From a virus, in the IMG/VR virus record IMGVR_UViG_3300044620_000614, positions 9,553-73,552 of that record: DNA of 64,000 nt. One strand, 5' to 3'. The position numbers and the translations under genes were made by a program. Shown here one piece after another: positions 35,210-42,794 of this stretch (the stretch's first letter is position 1; every line of letters begins with the position of its first letter). The notes under the pieces were generated by a model. It saw only the letters and a program-made list of their open reading frames with translations, did no database searches and had not been told where the DNA came from.

Positions 35210-36287
35210 GTCAGTAGGACCTGCTTTCTTGGTTACTGGTGCATTCGGTCCTTATACAAGAGGACATGAAGAAATGGCACGTGCTGCCGCAACACATGCT
35301 GCTAGTACAGGTCACAGTCACTTTTATCATGGTATTGGTGCTTCTGAATTAAAACCAGACGCTCCACTAACACATGAACAAAAAACAGAAATAGTATCCG
35401 GTTCACATAAGCACATTGCCGGAAGCATGCCCAGAGAACATCGAGGCAGATTGGGATTTGGTGTAGTTCCTAGAGAGCATTCAACTACACCATTTCACCA
35501 AATAGGTCATTTAATATCTAAGGGACACAGAGATATTACCGTTGCTGTTGGTTCCGATCAATTGGCAAAAGGTGGATTGAAAGATCAAATACTAAAGCAC
35601 ATAGAAAGACACGGTGGATTTGTTGGTCCAGACAAACAAGTTCATGATGTCACTATTAATTTTCACCAACTTGGTAAACCCAGAGTAGAGGGTGAAATAC
35701 CAAGAGAAAAATTATTGAAGCAAGTTCGTGGTGGAGACTATACCGGAGTCAAAGCAGGCAAATTGCGCGCCGCTGTTGGCTCTGGTGATGAAGAATTGGC
35801 ACACGAAATGATGCCACATTCCATAAAAGATAAAGCAGGCTATTTCAAACTAATCAAAGGACAAATGGATGCAGTTCAAAGAGGAATTGACGCCCAACGA
35901 GCCGAGAAAGAAGCGAAAAAAGCAGCCAAGACTACGGCGAAGCCAAAAACCAAACCTAAAAAGAAGAAGGTAGTAAAAGAGGCACTACAGCGCATTGCTT
36001 CTTTCATGGAAGCAACTAAAGATCCTACTCGTAAAGAGAGAGATCATAGAATGTATGGTTGGGGTAAAGAAGATCCAACCCCGAAACAATTGGCTAATAG
36101 AAAGAAGAAGGATAAGAGAACTGTCGCTCGCAGACGAGCAAATGCATCGGGACGAACCCGTAAAGGAGATAGTTCTGTGGAACTGGATCACAAAAACGGT
36201 AATGCAAACGACAACAGTTCGGATAATTTAAGAGTTATTTCTAGAAAAACTAACCGTTCTAGAAACAATAACAAATGGCGTAAATGA
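35166..36287 (+). CDS. cytidylyltransferase-like (HxGH) domain + C-terminal HNH
   Basis: GAFGPYTRGHEE, VAVGSDQ; ELDHKNGNANDNSSDNLRVISRKTNRSRN. Confidence 0.7.
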   Translation: MQKLQQILKYLKEAKSVGPAFLVTGAFGPYTRGHEEMARAAATHAASTGHSHFYHGIGASELKPDAPLTHEQKTEIVSGSHKHIAGSMPREHRGRLGFGVVPREHSTTPFHQIGHLISKGHRDITVAVGSDQLAKGGLKDQILKHIERHGGFVGPDKQVHDVTINFHQLGKPRVEGEIPREKLLKQVRGGDYTGVKAGKLRAAVGSGDEELAHEMMPHSIKDKAGYFKLIKGQMDAVQRGIDAQRAEKEAKKAAKTTAKPKTKPKKKKVVKEALQRIASFMEATKDPTRKERDHRMYGWGKEDPTPKQLANRKKKDKRTVARRRANASGRTRKGDSSVELDHKNGNANDNSSDNLRVISRKTNRSRNNNKWRK

Positions 36288-36310
36288 TAAATACATCGGA
36301 GATTTAACAA

Positions 36311-36790
36311 ATGGATTTTCATAAATTACGCCAAATTATAAAAGAAGCCTCTTGGAAAGATACACCAGCAGGCAAAAAACTTGCTAAAGCAAAAGCAGAT
36401 TATGCAAAGCATGTCTCCGATAACTTGGGTGAAGTACCCCCTCAAATGGGTTCAGTTAATGCTAGAAGAAACCCCAAAACAGGCAAAGTTGAGTGGGTAA
36501 AAGAAAGCAAAGAAAGCATGCCTTGCAACAAACCAACTCGCTCTACCAGTGCTGGTAAGAAGATGATGGTAAAGGCTTGTGAAGGTGGTCAAGAAAAGAT
36601 AGTCCACTTTGGAGCAAAGGGATATGGACACAACTATAGTCCCGCTGCTCGTAAGTCTTTCCGTGCTAGACATAAGTGCGGTGAAACGAAATCAAAATTA
36701 GGAGCACAATACTGGGCTTGCCGTAAACTATGGGCAGGACCAAAAGGATCAAAGAAATCATGCCCACCAGGCAGAAAGTGTAAGTATTGA
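36311..36790 (+). CDS. T4-like conserved basic protein (DUF6321-like)
   Basis: KIVHFG...RKSFRARHKC...YWACRKLW. Confidence 0.7.
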   Translation: MDFHKLRQIIKEASWKDTPAGKKLAKAKADYAKHVSDNLGEVPPQMGSVNARRNPKTGKVEWVKESKESMPCNKPTRSTSAGKKMMVKACEGGQEKIVHFGAKGYGHNYSPAARKSFRARHKCGETKSKLGAQYWACRKLWAGPKGSKKSCPPGRKCKY

Positions 36791-36791
36791 T

Positions 36792-37361
36792 ATGAAATTC
36801 AAACAACTCAGAAGATTGATCGAACAATATGACCTATTCCACACCATCAATGAAGGTGGTAAAGGAATGATGGTTCCCGGCTTGAACAGCAATCAAGCAT
36901 CTGACGGTAGCGTTGGATTGCATGAACTGGATAAGCCAGAAATGATTGAGCGCATCAATGCGTTCATCGCTGCATTCCTGTCCAATGTCCCACAAGCAGG
37001 AACATTAGATCCACGCGGCTTATTGGTTCAACTTCGTGTAGAATTGAATAAGATTGGTTTGGACTTCAAGTATGATGGTAAACACTATCCACAAGAACAC
37101 ATGGAATTCTCTTTGACCCAATTTGGTGGACGCAAGGGAATCGATAACAACGCTAAGAAACTTGAAGATGATGGCATTGAACATCGTCTTGGTCACAAGT
37201 TAAAACTTGTAATGGATATGAATCACCCACCAGAGATGGGATTCCATAAAATTGAAGCAAAGGTTGTTTCTGGAGAAGGTGCGGGAGAACCATCACACGA
37301 TGGTGGTTCCGAAGCAGCATCAACCTATAAACAGGTCAAGGAACAAGTAAAAAAAAACTGA
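36792..37361 (+). CDS. T4-like conserved protein; ends in an A9C slippery run
   Basis: MKFKQL...TINE-G; QFGGR. Confidence 0.7.
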   Translation: MKFKQLRRLIEQYDLFHTINEGGKGMMVPGLNSNQASDGSVGLHELDKPEMIERINAFIAAFLSNVPQAGTLDPRGLLVQLRVELNKIGLDFKYDGKHYPQEHMEFSLTQFGGRKGIDNNAKKLEDDGIEHRLGHKLKLVMDMNHPPEMGFHKIEAKVVSGEGAGEPSHDGGSEAASTYKQVKEQVKKN

Positions 37362-37496
37362 ATGAAGAGAAAGACGCCTGTTACTATAAGGTAAGAGCAA
37401 GATATGATGTTTGGCCGTCAGCATATGCTTCAGGTGCATTGGCAAAATGCAGGAAAGTAGGTGCAGACAATTGGGGAAACAAGAGTAAGGATTAAT
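37358..37496 (+). CDS. start-less -1-frame extension (DACYxKV...WPSAYASG domain)
   Basis: LNEEKDACYYKVRARYDVWPSAYASGALAKCRK, with no in-frame start codon. Confidence 0.7.
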
Positions 37497-37497
37497 A

Positions 37498-37893
37498 ATG
37501 GAACTTTTGGTTATGGATGTTTATAAAATAAATGATGATAACTTTTTGATGTTTGCAATGAAACACTACGATAATCCGCAGTGTAAAAACATTGAAGAAT
37601 TTCACGAAGATATGAATAGAATTAAATACCTGAAGAGATTGTTTAGAAAATATAAAACATCAGGTATATTACGAGAGAGATTGATACTAAACCATTTGAT
37701 TATATTCACAAATGTATTTGGGATAGAAGCGGCAAGTAGATTACTTTTTTCTAGAATAGAAGAAGATCTTCACACATATCTTAAAACTTTTCTTGTATTT
37801 CTTAACAGCATGCCAGAAAACATCCCAGAAGTAGACTTAGTAATGATTCCTTTAGATAGAAGAATAATAACGAGACTCAGAGAAATTAAATGA
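37498..37893 (+). CDS. conserved T4-like hypothetical protein
   Basis: KHYDNPQC..EEF.ED..RIKYLKRL...RLILNHLI. Confidence 0.8.
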   Translation: MELLVMDVYKINDDNFLMFAMKHYDNPQCKNIEEFHEDMNRIKYLKRLFRKYKTSGILRERLILNHLIIFTNVFGIEAASRLLFSRIEEDLHTYLKTFLVFLNSMPENIPEVDLVMIPLDRRIITRLREIK

Positions 37894-38720
37894 ATAAACA
37901 ACCCGTATATCTTCTAGAAGATCTCCGTAGGTGGTTCAAGGAAAAATGGACCGCTCAGGATGGTTCTCCGTGTGGAGCATATGAGGGAAAAGGAAGAGTC
38001 AAATGTCGCCCATCCAAGAGAGTATCAGGTAAGACTACAAAGACCTGGGGCGAAATGGATAAAAAAGAAAAAAGAAGTGCCATACGATTGAAGCAAAAGG
38101 CTCATCGTAGGGGACACCAATTTAGTAGCCACAAAACTGGCGAAACTTGGAAAGGTGATAAGTATCAACCCGAAAAAGTTAAGTCTACTGTGAAAGAGTC
38201 TGCTCAAATTAAACCAAACAAAGCAGAAATGAAACAAATAATGTCATATCTAAAAGGATCTATCAATAATCCTAATAGATTTTATTATCTTTTGCTCTTA
38301 TCTGGTATGAATGGTTCTAAGGCAAATAGTTTATTGTTTGATTTAAAGAATCCAAATCTAAGAACATCTAGTCCGATATTTAGAAAAAGATTGTTAAAAC
38401 TGCTAAAGTCTATAATTGACGCCATTACAAAAGATCAACTGCTCTACAATAGAGTTCGTTCAATGGCACTAAGTGGTAATCTTTCTCTGCATGAGCAAGA
38501 GGGTGCTGCCACTGGTGGCGGAGATGCTGGTGGGGAAAGCGGTGGAATGGGTGGAATGAGTGTCGGTGGTGGATATATTGAAGGAATGCCAGACGCTACA
38601 CCACCAGAACAAACTTCTGGTCCTGCTTGGGGTTCTTCACCACCACCAAATAAGAAAAATAGAAAGCGTTTAGTGAAACAGTATCGTGACTTTGCCAATT
38701 TACACAGGAGACAACCATGA
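37890..38720 (+). CDS. T4-like protein (LRRWFKEKW domain)
   Basis: LRRWFKEKW...CG...KCRPSKRVS. Confidence 0.7.
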   Translation: MNKQPVYLLEDLRRWFKEKWTAQDGSPCGAYEGKGRVKCRPSKRVSGKTTKTWGEMDKKEKRSAIRLKQKAHRRGHQFSSHKTGETWKGDKYQPEKVKSTVKESAQIKPNKAEMKQIMSYLKGSINNPNRFYYLLLLSGMNGSKANSLLFDLKNPNLRTSSPIFRKRLLKLLKSIIDAITKDQLLYNRVRSMALSGNLSLHEQEGAATGGGDAGGESGGMGGMSVGGGYIEGMPDATPPEQTSGPAWGSSPPPNKKNRKRLVKQYRDFANLHRRQP

Positions 38721-39157
38721 TCCCTACAGAATTAATAAGTATGATTGGAGGAGGAGCAACAGGATTCCTCTTCAAATTTATGGCACAAAAGAGTGCCGAT
38801 CAAAAGCAGATGTTTGAGCAATTGATTAAGGCAAATCAACAAACAACTGAGAACCAAGACAAAGCAGTACAAAGAGTATCAATTGATGCGGGACGAGTTG
38901 TTCGTCAAATCATCGTATTGACTGTTCTCTTTGGTGCCTTCGCTGCTCCATTCATTCTTCCATTCTTTGGCGTTCCAACCTTCATTGAAGTTGATGTCAA
39001 GAACCCAGAGGGATTGTTTGGTTTAATCCCAGAAACTTCCAGAAAGGTATTCGTTGAAGTCAACGGATTCTTCTGGTCATCTGAAAATAGACAAATTCTT
39101 CTAAGCATCGTTGGTTTCTACTTCGGAACCGCTGCTGCAACACCAAGTAGATCATAA
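38717..39157 (+). CDS. membrane protein, holin-like
   Basis: TM helices ending SIVGFYFG. Confidence 0.5.
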   Translation: MIPTELISMIGGGATGFLFKFMAQKSADQKQMFEQLIKANQQTTENQDKAVQRVSIDAGRVVRQIIVLTVLFGAFAAPFILPFFGVPTFIEVDVKNPEGLFGLIPETSRKVFVEVNGFFWSSENRQILLSIVGFYFGTAAATPSRS

Positions 39158-39167
39158 GGAGTAACAC

Positions 39168-39455
39168 ATGAAATATATTACAATACTATTCTCCGCTTTG
39201 GTGCTTGCTGCTTGTGATACCATGCCAGTAATTGTACCGGACAACACAAGCGATAATGTGGTAATGATGCAATTGAAGGATTCGATTTCACAACCAGGTC
39301 CAACCCCACCTTCATTTGGTTGGGTTATTTGGTACTTCCCAGTAGCAGTAATCTCTATGATGGCTGCTTGGAGATACCTGATAAAGAAACCAGTGGTATG
39401 TGAAGAGGATAAAGATGGTGATGGTTTCGTTGATCCGCAAAAACCAAAACAATAA
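39168..39455 (+). CDS. lipoprotein with C-terminal TM helix
   Basis: lipobox LAAC; WVIWYFPVAVISMMAAW. Confidence 0.6.
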   Translation: MKYITILFSALVLAACDTMPVIVPDNTSDNVVMMQLKDSISQPGPTPPSFGWVIWYFPVAVISMMAAWRYLIKKPVVCEEDKDGDGFVDPQKPKQ

Positions 39456-39511
39456 TAAATAAGTAAACTGCGAATTCTTGGTTATGTTAAATCTTTTTGG
39501 GGGAGATTTTC

Positions 39512-40219
39512 ATGACGAAAAAAGTAGAATCGCATGGCACATGCGAAGTATGTGCCAAAGCATGTGAAGATGCTAAAGATAATGTAAAGAAACTTCAAAA
39601 GAAGTTGCAAACGATGACTATTGTTACTTGCGTATCCATCACGCTCGGTGGAGAACAAGTAGCAAAGTCTATCGTTTCTTACATTACTTCATTTAATGAA
39701 GCAACAAAAGCGGCTGAGGGTAAAACACCAACAGTCAATAAGGACGACAAGAAGGAGGATGGAGATGGCAAAATAGCCATCTCCCCCTTTCGCGGTCCAG
39801 CATATAAATTTGGCTTAAAAACAAATATCAAAGAAGATATCAAATATAAACCAGAAGACGAATTGGCGCGATTTGCTAAAAAACCAATACAACAAAAACC
39901 AATACCAGAAGAAGCAGTGGCTATAGTGCCCCCTTCAGCCGAATCTGTTGCTATAGCGAAAGCCCTGTCAAATGACACACAGTTAGGAATAATGGGTGGA
40001 ATCGCACAAACAGACTGGCGAACCGTCCTATTGACGCCTAGCACCCTTCCTTTCGATGTATACAGCACCACCGTTGGGTTGGGTTACAACTATGGATTTG
40101 GTGAGTACTATGGACTGGGTGAAGCCAATGGGTACTCTGCTGGCCCATCCGTACCTTCCCCCTCATCATTATCAGTATTTGCAATTGCACAATTATTCAA
40201 TACAAGAAAGAGAATATAA
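39512..40219 (+). CDS. PEP-CTERM-like protein
   Basis: C-terminal VPSPSSLSVFAIAQLFNTRKRI. Confidence 0.65.
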   Translation: MTKKVESHGTCEVCAKACEDAKDNVKKLQKKLQTMTIVTCVSITLGGEQVAKSIVSYITSFNEATKAAEGKTPTVNKDDKKEDGDGKIAISPFRGPAYKFGLKTNIKEDIKYKPEDELARFAKKPIQQKPIPEEAVAIVPPSAESVAIAKALSNDTQLGIMGGIAQTDWRTVLLTPSTLPFDVYSTTVGLGYNYGFGEYYGLGEANGYSAGPSVPSPSSLSVFAIAQLFNTRKRI

Positions 40220-40222
40220 CAC

Positions 40223-40858
40223 ATGAATCGACTACTATTGGCTTCTATCGCATCATTTACAATTTCAGCATCGGCAAGTGCTGGACTTGTTGACGGCAGT
40301 TTTGAATCTGCCGACCCGTGGGGATACTCATTCTTTAATGGAGGATATGATACTCCGTGGCTAACCACAGCCCCAGATAATCTTATCGAAATCTGGAACG
40401 GTCCAAACATGGGCGTATCTGCATATCATGGAATCAACTTTGCAGAACTTAATGCAAACTACTCTTCCGCTCTGTATCAGGATGTAAATGGATTGGGTGA
40501 TTCTCAACCAATCAACTGGCACTTTGCCCACCGTGGACGCGATGGAGTAGACACCATGCGTCTTACCATTACAGACTTGGGCGCAGATCAAGCATGGGGT
40601 GGTGGTGACGATACTACCCTACACACCGCTCTATACTCAGATGGAAATGCCGCATGGGGTGTATATTATGGAACCATCACTTCTATTGGAAATCTAACTC
40701 GATTTTCATTCGAAGCAATTAGTGCAGTTGGTGGTAATACACAAGGTAATTTTATCGACTGGTGTGATTTTGGACCAGGAGTTGTAATTCCTACACCCGG
40801 ATCACTGGCTCTGCTTGCAATCGGTTGTATTATTACATCAAGACGCAGATTCGTTTAA
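40223..40858 (+). CDS. PEP-CTERM-like secreted surface protein
   Basis: signal peptide ASA-GLVDGSFE; C-terminal IPTPGSLALLAIGCIITSRRR. Confidence 0.85.
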   Translation: MNRLLLASIASFTISASASAGLVDGSFESADPWGYSFFNGGYDTPWLTTAPDNLIEIWNGPNMGVSAYHGINFAELNANYSSALYQDVNGLGDSQPINWHFAHRGRDGVDTMRLTITDLGADQAWGGGDDTTLHTALYSDGNAAWGVYYGTITSIGNLTRFSFEAISAVGGNTQGNFIDWCDFGPGVVIPTPGSLALLAIGCIITSRRRFV

Positions 40859-41398
40859 TTTAGAATACAAGTACTTACAGATATAGTACGAATCAACAAT
40901 ATCTGACACCGGACTAGTAATATCCTTCTTGTCCGGTGTTATTATTGATTTCAATAGCATATTGTTTTCAATAACAAATGCATCATACATTTTTTCTTTA
41001 TCCGCATTACCTTTGCCAGTTGCATACTTCTTCACCTCTGTTGGTGGCATAATGCTTAATGGTATCCCTTTTTGATAAATCTTGTACTTAAGAACACCAG
41101 TATTTTCAGCAATGTGGAAAACTTTACCTTTGGCACCATAAGCATATCCTTCCAATGCAATAGCAGAACAACCCAGAAGAACTTCCATTGCCCAATCTGC
41201 GATTGTTTCATATCTTTCGATATCACAATCCCAATCAAGGAATGTTTCTCCTATGATGTTACTGAGATAACTGTTAGCGTACTTTTTGGTGTCTGTAAGG
41301 TAGTAAAACGAACACTTGTTGAACGCGAAGGTTCCCGTTCCATTGAACACACAAATTGCGGGCCCAGTTAAGGAATAATCTATACCAGCGATTACCAT
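40838..41398 (-). CDS. RuvC-like Holliday junction resolvase
   Basis: IAGIDYSL, ALEGYAYG, KKYATGKGNADK, DIVDSY. Confidence 0.85.
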   Translation of the reverse strand: MVIAGIDYSLTGPAICVFNGTGTFAFNKCSFYYLTDTKKYANSYLSNIIGETFLDWDCDIERYETIADWAMEVLLGCSAIALEGYAYGAKGKVFHIAENTGVLKYKIYQKGIPLSIMPPTEVKKYATGKGNADKEKMYDAFVIENNMLLKSIITPDKKDITSPVSDIVDSYYICKYLYSKLNESAS

Positions 41399-41563
41399 AC
41401 ATCATATGTATTCTGCTTGTAGACACTTATCCCCACACAATCTGTTGTCTTAATCTTTCTATTGATTTAAGACGATCCGCTTCGGGATTCGATCATGTGG
41501 GGACACAATTATTTATGCCACTTTATTAAATAAAAATCCCGATTTTTTAGATCGGGATTTCAT

Positions 41564-41854
41564 TCACTTCTTGTTTTTCATATATGTGTTGATTTTGTCT
41601 TCCAAACTCCGAACCCTCTGATATAGAGCGGAAATACTATCATTAGAATTTTTACTTGATTCATCCATATTTCTTTGTAATGCTTCCGCTTCTCTTTGCA
41701 TTTGATTATAAACATCAGTAAATCTCTGGTGTTCTTCTGCTGCTTCTTTTTGTCTGCGGAGCTTTTTGTTTTCACTTTCCGCTATAAAAAACAAAACAGT
41801 CATGAAACCAAAACTACCCAATAGTAACCAAACATAAAACATTGCATTACTCAT
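41564..41854 (-). CDS. membrane-anchored coiled-coil protein
   Basis: N-terminal TM helix; AAGGAG RBS. Confidence 0.6.
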   Translation of the reverse strand: MSNAMFYVWLLLGSFGFMTVLFFIAESENKKLRRQKEAAEEHQRFTDVYNQMQREAEALQRNMDESSKNSNDSISALYQRVRSLEDKINTYMKNKK

Positions 41855-41855
41855 A

Positions 41856-42794
41856 TCAAGTCTCCTTAAAAAGTGTTTTCATTCGCTTTGCAACCCATTC
41901 CGCCACGTTGACGGTTACTGCGTTGCCCATTTGATTGTATCTTGCACGATCTGACAAACCATCTGTCCAACCATCAGGGAATCCTTGTAATCTTTCCCAT
42001 TCTAATGGTGTCAAATATCTAACCGTATTCTTATTTTCCATCACCAATACACTAGATCGTTGTCCAACATCAAACAGATTTAATGTATTGGAATACTCAG
42101 TCTGTACCCATGTTTCAAAATCTTTATTGCTTTGTGCTTTTCTAGACTTTCTTATGGCTTCTGGGTACTGCTCAACATATTCGTCAAACAGTGGGCTAAA
42201 GGTGGATACAGGGTTTTTCCCATTCGTTGCCCTCGCTCTAGTATCCCCTCGCATGTCGGTATTGAGATCCAGTACTTCTGAGGCGCGTTCTCCTCTAAGA
42301 TCTGCAACAACGAACACTCGTTCTCTTCTTTGGGGAATACCGAAGTATCTACTGTCCAATGTTCTCCACGCGATAGATTTAGGACTCCACTGCTTGACCA
42401 TTTCATTGAGAACGATTCCGAAATCTCTTCCGTTACTGCTTGTGAGCATTCCGGGGACATTTTCGACCACCACGAAGGATGGTCTGGTTGGCATGTCTCT
42501 GACGATTCGAATAAACTCATAAAATAATCCTGAGCGTTCTCCCGCTAATCCTTTTCTCTGTCCACCCGTAGATAGATCCTGACAAGGGAACCCACCGATT
42601 ACGACATCGACTGGACTGGCCTTGAGAGGATCTATCGTTCGGACATCTTCGTATATTGTAGCGTTTGGGAAATGCTTTGCAAGTATTTTCCTGCAACTTC
42701 TTTCCTTATCGCATGCCCAGGAAATGGAGAATCCTTGACGCTCGAATCCGAGATCAAGGCCTCCAACTCCTGAGAATAGCGATCCTACCTTCAT
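41856..42794 (-). CDS. dcm: DNA (cytosine-5) methyltransferase
   Basis: LFSGVGG, GGFPCQD, ENV, QRRERVF, RLQGFP, GNAV. Confidence 0.95.
   Translation of the reverse strand: MKVGSLFSGVGGLDLGFERQGFSISWACDKERSCRKILAKHFPNATIYEDVRTIDPLKASPVDVVIGGFPCQDLSTGGQRKGLAGERSGLFYEFIRIVRDMPTRPSFVVVENVPGMLTSSNGRDFGIVLNEMVKQWSPKSIAWRTLDSRYFGIPQRRERVFVVADLRGERASEVLDLNTDMRGDTRARATNGKNPVSTFSPLFDEYVEQYPEAIRKSRKAQSNKDFETWVQTEYSNTLNLFDVGQRSSVLVMENKNTVRYLTPLEWERLQGFPDGWTDGLSDRARYNQMGNAVTVNVAEWVAKRMKTLFKET
42152..42520 (-). CDS. nested alternative-frame ORF resembling the M.EcoHK31I beta polypeptide
   Basis: KMSPECS...WSSSG..RGEHW...ECSLLQILE..AP..Y. Confidence 0.55.
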   Translation of the reverse strand: MSLFESSETCQPDHPSWWSKMSPECSQAVTEEISESFSMKWSSSGVLNLSRGEHWTVDTSVFPKEENECSLLQILEENAPQKYWISIPTCEGILERGQRMGKTLYPPLAHCLTNMLSSTQKP

